A stretch of 16,599 bases of DNA, from positions 1 to 16,599 of the forward strand of contig JBIJBT010000062.1 in assembly GCA_044345055.1 (NCBI GenBank), in the 5' to 3' direction. Origin of the DNA: Bdellovibrionota bacterium. Lineage in GTDB: Bacteria; Bdellovibrionota_C; UBA2361; OMIW01. This document shows, piece by piece, positions 8,081-16,517 of the stretch. Made by a program: the position numbers and the translations under genes. The notes beneath the pieces are model-generated. The model had not been told where the DNA came from and did no database searches. It saw nothing but the letters and a program-made list of their open reading frames with translations. The first letter of the stretch is position 1; the number at the start of each line of letters is the position of its first letter.

Positions 8081-8896
8081 ATGATTTTTAAGCTCCTCAA
8101 CTCAGTCCGTGGCAACAATCAAGGTCAGGACTCGCGTCAGGGGGGGTATAAACCGGATCCTGAGGCTTTTGCTCGGTATGCCCGGTTACAGGAAAAGGAT
8201 CGAGAAGGTATAAACGCTGCGCGGCAACGATTAAGTGAAGCTTATCAGACTTTTCTCGGACAACTTGACAAAGCATATAAGCTCAAAAGCGCAGATCAGC
8301 GTCTTCGGATTGAGGCAAATTATGCAGTGTGGGCTGCGTTGTTTGAACTTCTGAAGGAGAACTTTGAAGATCTCTGGTCGTTCCTCGGTGTCGTTGACGC
8401 TGATGTTGAGGGGTGGTTTCGAGTATCGCCGACAGGTAGTCCTTTGGGGTTCATGGCGGTAGGCAGAGAGGGTTATAGCTTCGCAGCTGGTATAGAGCAG
8501 AATTCAAAACGGGGCGCGCCCTTTCCGAAAAAGTGGCTTACCGTTTCATTGGCACACGCTACCGGGTACGCCTGCGGTATTGGAGATGAGCGCATTATTG
8601 GGCGTATTGATCCGATAGACGAAAACTTGGTTGGTCTCGATAAATGTTCCGGAAAGATCGGGCGCCAACAGGAAGAGGGTTCACTTCTGTTGAAAAATAA
8701 GGGAACAAGCTTTCCTCTTGTTTTTACCCTTTCAAGCGAAGCTCATGGACAACACCTCACCCAGGTTCCGGTGACAGCGCTTGAAAAATATACTTTAGCC
8801 GAGATGGTTCAACCGCTCCTTATAGCTCTCACTCACGACGATGTTGAGGATGTTACCGGATTACTGCCGACGCCTCAGAGGTTATTGTTGAAATAG
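8081..8896 (+). CDS. Hypothetical protein
   Basis: 271-aa ORF with no competing overlapping ORF in the track and a good upstream promoter; no motif recognised. Confidence 0.75.
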   Translation: MIFKLLNSVRGNNQGQDSRQGGYKPDPEAFARYARLQEKDREGINAARQRLSEAYQTFLGQLDKAYKLKSADQRLRIEANYAVWAALFELLKENFEDLWSFLGVVDADVEGWFRVSPTGSPLGFMAVGREGYSFAAGIEQNSKRGAPFPKKWLTVSLAHATGYACGIGDERIIGRIDPIDENLVGLDKCSGKIGRQQEEGSLLLKNKGTSFPLVFTLSSEAHGQHLTQVPVTALEKYTLAEMVQPLLIALTHDDVEDVTGLLPTPQRLLLK

Positions 8897-9004
8897 TGGC
8901 GTTTATCTCTTCATCAGTCTGCTAATCATTACGGACTTATAACCGAAACATCTTTCGGCTTCTTCCAAAATAGGGAACGATATGGCAGTTATCCGTGAAG
9001 CATA

Positions 9005-10315
9005 ATGCCGATTTCTTACCGGCTCGGCTCACCTCGCGGTGTTCTTTGGATCGTTATGGCGACTCTATTTCTGCTGACTTTTGTTAATATTCTGAATTAC
9101 CTCGACCGAAACCTGGTTCAGGCGGTTCGTCCGATGATCGATGCAGAATGGCATCTTAGCCAGGCTGAGTCGGGTTTTCTTGTTTCAGCTTTTGTCGTCG
9201 GATACGCCTTCTTTTCCCCCGTCGCTGGGGCTCTCAGCTCCAGGTGGCATCGACCATCGCTCCTAGCTCTTGGGGTGTTGGTGTGGAGTGTTGGCACCTG
9301 TGCAACGGGAATTGCACCAACGCAAGCTCTTTTTTTGCTTTGTCGAATAACTGTAGGAATCGGTGAATCGCTCTTTATCACGGTGGCTGCGACCTATCTT
9401 AAAGATCTCCTCTCATGCCCGATTCGGATTACCCGCGGATTCTCTCTTTTTTACGCTGCGATACCGGTTGGCTCGGCACTCGGGTATGTCATCGGTGGGT
9501 GGGTGGCTCAATGGGCTAGCTGGCAGACCGCCTTTTTTATCGGTGGAATTCCGGGGTTCTTTCTTGCTCCGCTCGTATGGCGATTACCGGCATTAAATGC
9601 GCCAGAGGTTGGTAATTCTGCAAATGAAGAAATCCCAGGAACGGTCTCGAGTATCGGGCCCACCTATCGTTCGCTAGTTCGTCAGGTGCTTCGTTCTCGC
9701 TCCGCAGTGGGTATTATTGCGGGATACGTTGCTAATACCTTTGCATTAGCGGGTTTGGCGGCGAATGTGAGCGCACACGGTTTGGATCTCGGCTTTTCGA
9801 TTGATGAAATCGGCACCCGTTTTGGTGCAACCCTTGTTGTGTCGGGGCTTATTGGAACGATAGCGGGGGGATGGGTGTTTTCTGCTATTGCACATCGGAC
9901 CGCAGCCAGAAGTCGCTCAATGATGATCTCGTGTGCAGTAACGGCTTGCCTCGCATGCCCGCTCCTTTTTTTCGCGTTTGAGACTTCATCTCCATCTCTT
10001 TTCATCGCTCTCTGCTTTGTCGCGGAGCTCTTTATTTTTGCTGGAACTGCGCCGATAAACTCCCTTCTTGTGACAGCAGTACCAACTCATCTGGTAAGTA
10101 CAACTCAGGGCCTTTCGATCGCGTCGATAAATCTTTTTGGTTCCTTTCTCGCGCCGATCCTCGTTGGTGTTGTCGCAGATAGCTTTTCGTTGCGATGGGG
10201 TCTTCATCTCTGTTCGTTTGCTCTCGCGCTCTCGGGGGTAATATGGTTTTTCACCTCCTCTACTTTTCTAGAGGGTTCGCCAAATAATGGAGATACTGCG
10301 GAGGGGCTGAAATGA
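9005..10315 (+). CDS. MFS transporter, Spinster-like
   Basis: About 12 hydrophobic segments; VNILNYLDR in TM1, RITVGIGES, FYAAIPVGSALGYVIGG. The start could instead be the ATG at 9056. Confidence 0.9.
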   Translation: MPISYRLGSPRGVLWIVMATLFLLTFVNILNYLDRNLVQAVRPMIDAEWHLSQAESGFLVSAFVVGYAFFSPVAGALSSRWHRPSLLALGVLVWSVGTCATGIAPTQALFLLCRITVGIGESLFITVAATYLKDLLSCPIRITRGFSLFYAAIPVGSALGYVIGGWVAQWASWQTAFFIGGIPGFFLAPLVWRLPALNAPEVGNSANEEIPGTVSSIGPTYRSLVRQVLRSRSAVGIIAGYVANTFALAGLAANVSAHGLDLGFSIDEIGTRFGATLVVSGLIGTIAGGWVFSAIAHRTAARSRSMMISCAVTACLACPLLFFAFETSSPSLFIALCFVAELFIFAGTAPINSLLVTAVPTHLVSTTQGLSIASINLFGSFLAPILVGVVADSFSLRWGLHLCSFALALSGVIWFFTSSTFLEGSPNNGDTAEGLK

Positions 10316-11289
10316 GTTCTGCCGACCAGATATCGATTCTTGCTGATGCTATTCGCGCGGGTTCGATCCGGGCTATTGCTCACGGTATTACGATTGTCGA
10401 GCAGGGCGGAGGGCGGGCGCACCTTCTTCTCCAGCGAATTCATGGTGGGGATGGTCATGCTCGGGTTATTGGGTTTACGGGGCCGCCAGGTGCGGGAAAA
10501 TCAACCCTTGTCGATCAGGTAGCGATTTCATTTCGTCGTCGCGGCTATCGGGTTGCTATTCTTGCGGTTGATCCGACTAGCCCCTTCACGGGGGGTGCGA
10601 TTCTCGGGGACCGGATTCGGATGACGACGGTCGTCGAAGATCCATCGGTATTTATTCGGAGTATGGCAACTAGAGGTGCGTTGGGAGGATTAGCGCGAGC
10701 GACCTTTGATGCCATCGCTGTGCTCGATGCCGCGCAGTTCGATGTTATTTTGCTTGAAACGGTCGGCGTTGGTCAGGTTGAGGTTGATGTCGTGCGCATG
10801 GTCGATACCTGCGTTGTCGTGCTTGTTCCCGGTATGGGCGATACCGTTCAGGCATTCAAGGCGGGCATTCTCGAAATAGGGGATATTTTTGTCCTTAATA
10901 AAGCAGATCGAGAGGGAGCTGAACTGCTGGCCCGTGATATGCGGCTATTGCTAAGTTTAGAGTCTAGAGTTGAGAGCTCGTGGGAACAGCCGCTCGAGCG
11001 GGCCGTTGCAACGCGGGGTGAGGGAGTTCCCGGAATCGTCGATAAGATTGAGGCGCATACTAGTTTTCTTCTTAACTCTGGAGAGGGAAAAGCGCGCCGC
11101 CGCAGAGTGATAGAGACAAGTATTCTTCGAATAATTACCGAAAAAATAGCCCGCGAAATACTCACAAATCGGAGGGTGGTCTTAGATAATGTAGTCGCCG
11201 AGTGCGAGCAGCGCCAGCTCGACGTATATGCGGCGGCTCAGAGGGTGTTAGAGGGGTTGCAGGGAAAGGGAATATTGGGAGGTACCTGA
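10312..11289 (+). CDS. meaB: Methylmalonyl-CoA mutase-associated GTPase MeaB (ArgK family)
   Basis: IGFTGPPGAGKSTL, AVDPTSPFTGGAILGDRIRM, FIRSMATRGALGGL, ETVGVGQ, PGMGDTVQAFKAGILEIGD, NKAD. ATGA overlap with the MFS stop codon. Confidence 0.96.
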   Translation: MSSADQISILADAIRAGSIRAIAHGITIVEQGGGRAHLLLQRIHGGDGHARVIGFTGPPGAGKSTLVDQVAISFRRRGYRVAILAVDPTSPFTGGAILGDRIRMTTVVEDPSVFIRSMATRGALGGLARATFDAIAVLDAAQFDVILLETVGVGQVEVDVVRMVDTCVVVLVPGMGDTVQAFKAGILEIGDIFVLNKADREGAELLARDMRLLLSLESRVESSWEQPLERAVATRGEGVPGIVDKIEAHTSFLLNSGEGKARRRRVIETSILRIITEKIAREILTNRRVVLDNVVAECEQRQLDVYAAAQRVLEGLQGKGILGGT

Positions 11290-11322
11290 AAAATTCTCGG
11301 ATATTTTTTTCCGGTTGATGAA

Positions 11323-12258
11323 TTAAAGGGAAGGTAGGGGCGGGGGTGTCTTGACGGAGATGACGAGAATTGTGGTGTCATCGTGACATTGGGTTGGATG
11401 GCCAGCATCGTCAAGACCGCACCCTGCATGACCTCGTGCCGCTGCCAGTAGTTCGTCAGCGGTTGTATTCCTTGGCATTTGTTCGAGTGCTTTCTCGATA
11501 GGCGTTTTCGTTTCAGTATTTTCCCAGTATGGCGGCAATTCTTTAGTTCTTTCCAATCCATCACTCGCAACGACTATTCGTTCGCCCGACTTTAATGGAA
11601 TTGAGTGTTGTTTGTTGTTTTCGAAAAGATGGGTCCCATTCTCTGTACCAAAAATACCGGGATAAAAAGGGGTGGCGTTTGGTTCTATTTTTCTTTGTTG
11701 ATCGTCTGCATCGAGAAAAACAGAGACACCGGCGGCACAAATGTGGGCGATTAGTTGCGGATTGTTCTGGTCCGTATCAAATTTGTCCAAAACTATAAGG
11801 GCAAAATCGAGGCTTTTTGGTACACGCTTCCCTTCGAGTGCCTCAAAAAAGATTTTAACAGCCGTTACAGCAGGTGTTTCGCTTGAAAGAATCATTGTAG
11901 CGTTTTCCTCGCAGACCCTCGAAAATAGTGCCTGATATCTGGTTGCACACGTAGCACCATTTGATGCGGTTGCAATTTGGTCCGAGCTTAATCCCTCTCC
12001 CTGATCTTCACGCGGTACCAAACATCCCTTCCCCTCGACGTCACCAAGCAGCACGAGGATGCGACCGCCAAGATCAACCACAGAAATAAAATCGGCGCTG
12101 CTAACCCCTTCGAATACACCCTCCTTGGCCCAATCAATAGAGTAGTTGGGGGTTTCTAGCGAAATGGGGGCGTTTACTCGATTAACCAAGCAGAAAGGAA
12201 GGAATGTGGCTTCATCAGCTCTTGATGACTTATCAGGCTTCTCCGGTGCAAAAACCAT
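11323..12258 (-). CDS. Stand-alone SpoIIE/PP2C-family Ser/Thr phosphatase
   Basis: SADF, LLGDVEGKG, LKSGERIVVASDGL, HDDTTILVI; the metal-binding Asp positions are present. Upstream RBS-like GGGAG. Confidence 0.8.
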   Translation of the reverse strand: MVFAPEKPDKSSRADEATFLPFCLVNRVNAPISLETPNYSIDWAKEGVFEGVSSADFISVVDLGGRILVLLGDVEGKGCLVPREDQGEGLSSDQIATASNGATCATRYQALFSRVCEENATMILSSETPAVTAVKIFFEALEGKRVPKSLDFALIVLDKFDTDQNNPQLIAHICAAGVSVFLDADDQQRKIEPNATPFYPGIFGTENGTHLFENNKQHSIPLKSGERIVVASDGLERTKELPPYWENTETKTPIEKALEQMPRNTTADELLAAARGHAGCGLDDAGHPTQCHDDTTILVISVKTPPPLPSL

Positions 12259-12629
12259 AATTCACCACTCCCTTCAAACTATCTTAATCCCAGTAAGTCC
12301 GTCATGAGACCCTACCGTGATAGTAGTTTTTTTGCCAGTATCGTTTCCTCCTCGAATTTCATCGAACTTCAAGCCTTTAACGAATTTGACCAAGCCTGCC
12401 AGACCCTGTCTTTTTTCCCTTTGATTGAAAGAGCTCCCCTACGACCTATATACACTACCTCTAAACCTCAGGGGCATAGAGGTAGGGGCTGTTACTCTGA
12501 CTCAGAAGGGGGAGCTTCTCATTTTCCACGATCATACGCGATCGTTTCTCACCACGCTGTGAGGCCCTACACACCCAACGACGGAGGGCGTCTATCCTCG
12601 ATAACCCAAGGTGCTTTCCACAGCACCCT

Positions 12630-13052
12630 GATGTCGATGTGCCAGTAGCGGTGAGGTCCGTCGGGCTGGTGGAATCCTTTGCCTCTCTTGGGCGGTTTTC
12701 ACTCACGGCTTTTGAGGAGTCCTGCGGCGAGCAGGATATGATATGTTGTGGTGGGGATACGCAGACAAGGTCAGCATCAATTCACTCAGGTAAAGCATCG
12801 ATAGCGTTCAAGAGAATTGTTCTTATAGAACTCTGTGATCCTCGCACACTCTTGCGGTAAGAGCTGGGTATCACGCGGAATGAGGCGGTTGTGTTCGTTC
12901 TCTGTGCCGTAGCGCTCTTGCCACTGCCGATAGCGCTCGCGTCCGACTGATAATGCCTTGAGGAAGAGGCAAAGGGGCAGACCGGTCTTCTCTCGCTATG
13001 ATCGGATAACAACTACGATAGCATCTCGATGATCCAGCTCTGCCCACTTGCC
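12630..13052 (-). pseudogene. IS3-family transposase OrfB remnant (stops, frameshifts, truncated)
   Basis: Manual translation across frames: GKWAELDHRDAIVVVIRS*REKTGLP...WQERYGTENEHNRLIPRD...LERYRCFT* / IDADLVCVSP / TYHILLAAGLLKSRE*KPPKRGKGFHQPDGPHRYWHIDI. Confidence 0.85.
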
Positions 13053-13061
13053 CAGTGCTCA

Positions 13062-13384
13062 GCTTCTCCAGTCGATCTTTTTTTTAGCGCCACATAGTCG
13101 GTCATCAGCTCGGCAAGCGCCTCCTCCCGCTAACGAAGACGGGCTTCCAGGGTGATAACGCGCTGTTCCTGCGCGGAGCAACAGCGCCCGGCTGCGCCCT
13201 TACGGGCACGAGAGAGCAGGTTCGGTGCTTCCTCAAACAAGCAGTGCTGCCAGGTGTAGAAGAGGGTTGGCGCAACAGATAGCTCCTCGCAAATCGTGCT
13301 CACCGGCACCTTCTCCAGTAGGTGGCGCTTTAACACCTTCGCTTTATCCTCCTCGCTCACTCGAACGTAGGGCCTGCGACTCAT
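13062..13384 (-). pseudogene. IS3-family transposase OrfA (HTH) with internal stop
   Basis: ATG at 13384 after AAGGAAGGA. EDKAKVLKRHLLEKVPVSTICEELSVAPTLFYTWQ...LEARLR, then TAG (13132-13130); the same frame continues REEALAELMTDYVALKK. Confidence 0.85.
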
Positions 13385-13686
13385 AAATCCTTCCTTTTTG
13401 AGACATAGGTTCTCTACCCCACATCTCCACATTTGAGGAGGCATATATGTCAGATTCCACCTGAACCGCCACCATAGGGTGCGGAGCCCTACCGGCCCCG
13501 ATCTATTTGCCCATTGTTGAAAAAAAAACTCAAGTTTTCCCGCAAACGGACGTTCACTCCGGTAAGAAGAAACGATGGTTGGTTGCGATCGCCCCTCCTG
13601 ACCTAGGTGGCGAGGTAAAGGTTGATCGAAATCCTCACGGAAACAAAATTTTCAGCGATTACAAGCTGATAACCGGAGACTGATGT

Positions 13687-16449
13687 ATGGTTTACGTTCC
13701 GCGATATGGGCAAGCATCATCTGACCTTCGGGCTTTGTGGCAGGCGCGTAAACCATCCTTCCGCCCCCTCAATTCTCCGAGTAGAGCAACGAGCTCTTCT
13801 TCGCCCCGTGACACCGTGTCGGTTGGCTCACCAGGAAAATTTGGCAAAGATGACTATCAGACTTTAGTCTCAGTATCTGAAGAGCTCGCTGACGCTCGAC
13901 TCTCAGCGGGGCAAGCGCGATCAATGATTGCTCAGGCACGCCAAACCGCAAGCACAGCAATGGGTTTAGCTTCAGGCCGGCTCGGTTTGTCGACTCAAAC
14001 GACACAGTTGCTCAGTCAGGCGAGAGAAATGCTTCTAAGCAATAGATTTCTCAGTAGCTCAACCCCTCTCGACCTTCCGTCCATTTTGACCAGTAACAAC
14101 GTTGGGGACCCCCTGAGAGTGAGTCGCACTCAGACGCAGCTCGACCTAAACAGCCTCGAGACGGATTGGGAGAGCGCAATCGGTGCCGGCGCCCAAAACA
14201 TTTTGGATTTCTCGAATGACTCGAGTGGTTCGTCTTTCGTTTTAAGCGAGTCTACAGCTCCCGGTAGCCCGACCGTTTTAAATAAGTTCAATTATGACGG
14301 GAGTCTCCTCTGGACCTCGCAAATCGGAACGGGTGCGAATAACACCTCCACAAACGGTATGACCGTGGGCCAAGACGGATCAGTTTATGTCTTTGGGGCG
14401 ACCACCGAATCTTTGAATAATCAACCTGTACCCACCTCCAAAGATGCCTTTTTGATAAAATACAATGCCGATGGAACCAAAGCCTGGACAAAGGTTTTTG
14501 GGAGCACCTCAAACGTGGATTCGGCGTACGACGCCGAAGTGGGCAATGATGGTTCGGTTTATTTGACCGGTATTAGGAATGGCGAGGCTCTCATAACAAA
14601 ATTCACCTCCGGCGGAGAACAGGTATGGGCTCGTCAGATAGGCAGCTCCGGGGAAGCAAGAGGCAATAGGATTGCGGTGGGCACGGATGGTTCGAGCTAC
14701 ATCCTTGGAAACTCGACTGGGCAAATTTCTGCCGATGGAAGTCAAATTGGACCCGGTGATTTCGTCACCAAGTATGATGCGAATGGAACGAGATCCTGGA
14801 TAAAGGGATTGGGCGAGGATTTTGACGGAGCTAATATTGCCGTATCAAACGGCGGCGATCTATTCGTTCAGGGGCAAACAGAAGCAGCAGCACAGGGAAC
14901 TTCACAAGTACAGTATACCAATTTTGTTCGAAAATTTAGTAGCGATGGGGTAGAGGCCTGGAGTAATGGCGTCGGGTACAGCCCCATAGAGGGCCCATAC
15001 GCCTCGTTTACGGAGGATTTTAGAACAGAGGCGGGAGTCACCAATCGTGGATGGACAGGCAGCGGCAATACTTCTTCAGGAAATAATTTTGGATTCAATA
15101 CTGGGACATCTTTAGGTTCGTCAACAGATCCCGGTAAGATAGGCGGAATTATCGCCAGAACAAGTGCGGTAAACTATTTTGCCGATACCCTTATTGGCTC
15201 CGTATCCGCTGCATCGAATGAGTTGAAGTTGGCTGGCAACTTTCGCATGGACTTCGGTACACTCGATGGAGAAGTTAGACTTGGGTACTTCAATCCAGAA
15301 TCAGGATTCGGAGATTTCCTGGGCTTGAGGTTTAGAGAACCTCTCGCGGGTAGTAACAAAGTAAGAGCGTCCCTCGTAATAGGTGGGGCGGTATCGCAGC
15401 AAGTCATTGAAATAAGCCAAAATACAGGCTTGAGTTTTGATTTAACGTGGACAGGTGATTCAGATGGGTCGGGGACGCTTGCGGGTACGATAGCCGGCCA
15501 AACAATCAGTTTTTCGGGAAATGCTGGGACGGCAGCGCGGAGTGCATTCGGCCTTTTGAGTGGAGGGCTTTCAGATCGGCCAGATCGACAAGATGAAGTA
15601 TCCGGAAACATTTTTTTCGATAATTTGACCTACAGCCAGGAGATGGTTGTCCCGTCAGAAAATAATCCTGCTCGTAAGCTTATGGCAATGGGATCAGACG
15701 GCTCGTTGTATTTGGCCCAAGAGTTTGCTGATAGAATGGTCGGTTCCGTAACTCGCGAAGGTGGAGGAGGGGTAGTCAACGGACTTTCGGTTGTAACGAA
15801 ATTCAATGCCGATGGGTCGGAAGCGTGGACTACCCAATTGTCGAGTGGGGGGATGGAAAATTTATCCGGAATTGACGTCGATTCGGCGGGTAATGTCTAC
15901 GCATTTGGTTCATCTGAGGGAGCAACCTACGGGGAAAAGGTATTGAGTGGTGGTCGCGATGGTTTCGTTACCAAGTTAAGTTCTAACGGAGCAAAATTAT
16001 CGACCGAACTAATTGGCGGCGCCTCTGATGATTCTGTACGTTTTCTCAATGTGGTTGGAGAGGGACGAGTCAATATCGCTGGAGGGAACGCTGATGCAAG
16101 CTTTGTGGCGGGTATCCGACCAAATTCGGCGAGCAGAACGGTAAGTTCGAGAGCAGCTTCAGCAATTCCAACTAACGTAGACCTGTCTACAGATGACTCC
16201 GTATCAGTTCTCCTTTCCAACCTGGACAGCCTTGAAAGGGCGATGACGAAAATGGAACAAGACATTTCGAGAAGGCTTTACAGGACCAATCTGATCCAGT
16301 CGTACAGTTCAAGGATGGTTGATTCGTACCCCGCAGCGTCTCAGGCGACGAGTGCCCCTCCATCAGAACCGATACAATCGTCGACTCCGAGTCGGCGAAC
16401 GAAAAGTGCGTTTCTACAATCTTTCTTGAGGAGCATGTACCGGTCTTAG
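13687..16449 (+). CDS. SBBP beta-propeller repeat protein with an inserted beta-sandwich domain and flagellin-like helical termini
   Basis: Seven K[FYL]xxxG..W-type repeats (KFNYDGSLLW, KYNADGTKAW, KFTSGGEQVW, KYDANGTRSW, KFSSDGVEAW, KFNADGSEAW, KLSSNGAKLS) with DGSVYxxG strands; helical N- and C-terminal segments; GGAG RBS at 13675-13678. Confidence 0.85.
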   Translation: MVYVPRYGQASSDLRALWQARKPSFRPLNSPSRATSSSSPRDTVSVGSPGKFGKDDYQTLVSVSEELADARLSAGQARSMIAQARQTASTAMGLASGRLGLSTQTTQLLSQAREMLLSNRFLSSSTPLDLPSILTSNNVGDPLRVSRTQTQLDLNSLETDWESAIGAGAQNILDFSNDSSGSSFVLSESTAPGSPTVLNKFNYDGSLLWTSQIGTGANNTSTNGMTVGQDGSVYVFGATTESLNNQPVPTSKDAFLIKYNADGTKAWTKVFGSTSNVDSAYDAEVGNDGSVYLTGIRNGEALITKFTSGGEQVWARQIGSSGEARGNRIAVGTDGSSYILGNSTGQISADGSQIGPGDFVTKYDANGTRSWIKGLGEDFDGANIAVSNGGDLFVQGQTEAAAQGTSQVQYTNFVRKFSSDGVEAWSNGVGYSPIEGPYASFTEDFRTEAGVTNRGWTGSGNTSSGNNFGFNTGTSLGSSTDPGKIGGIIARTSAVNYFADTLIGSVSAASNELKLAGNFRMDFGTLDGEVRLGYFNPESGFGDFLGLRFREPLAGSNKVRASLVIGGAVSQQVIEISQNTGLSFDLTWTGDSDGSGTLAGTIAGQTISFSGNAGTAARSAFGLLSGGLSDRPDRQDEVSGNIFFDNLTYSQEMVVPSENNPARKLMAMGSDGSLYLAQEFADRMVGSVTREGGGGVVNGLSVVTKFNADGSEAWTTQLSSGGMENLSGIDVDSAGNVYAFGSSEGATYGEKVLSGGRDGFVTKLSSNGAKLSTELIGGASDDSVRFLNVVGEGRVNIAGGNADASFVAGIRPNSASRTVSSRAASAIPTNVDLSTDDSVSVLLSNLDSLERAMTKMEQDISRRLYRTNLIQSYSSRMVDSYPAASQATSAPPSEPIQSSTPSRRTKSAFLQSFLRSMYRS

Positions 16450-16517
16450 TTCAAAAGTATGGCGATTTCCTGCACGAGGCTATAGCAGGCTATGTGACTA
16501 AACCGAGTACCTTTTGA

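Larger units (their letters stand above)
12630..13474 (-). mobile_element. Decayed, 3'-truncated IS3-family insertion sequence
   Basis: Probable left end TGGTGGCGGTTCAGGTGGAATCTGACA (13474-13448); HTH orfA; A8G slippery run (13085-13077); orfB remnant ending at WHIDI. No right end found. Confidence 0.85.

Noticed and set aside
12293..12318. GTAAGTCCGTC... as an IS66 terminal inverted repeat
   Set aside because: Only the GTAAG start matches, and there is no partner repeat or adjacent IS66 gene.
12304..13012. Short ORFs 12304-12648, 12461-12706, 12639-12860 and 12782-13012
   Set aside because: No recognisable protein features; they are wrong-frame or antisense reads of the IS3 remnant and the palindromic segment.
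12630..13384. Stop-codon recoding as an explanation for in-frame TAG/TGA in the transposase
   Set aside because: Frameshifts accompany the stops, and intact genes in the window use TAG, TGA and TAA as normal stops; this is ordinary decay.
13590..13680. c-di-GMP riboswitch upstream of the flagellin-like gene
   Set aside because: GGTAAA/GAAA/GGAAAC words are present, but the paired stems and the GCAAA-type second element of class I, or the class II core, cannot be formed.
14200..16110. DNA-level tandem repeats, CRISPR array or DGR-type repeat pair
   Set aside because: Repetition is only at the protein level (propeller blades); no identical spaced nucleotide repeats, cas genes or reverse transcriptase were seen anywhere in the window.
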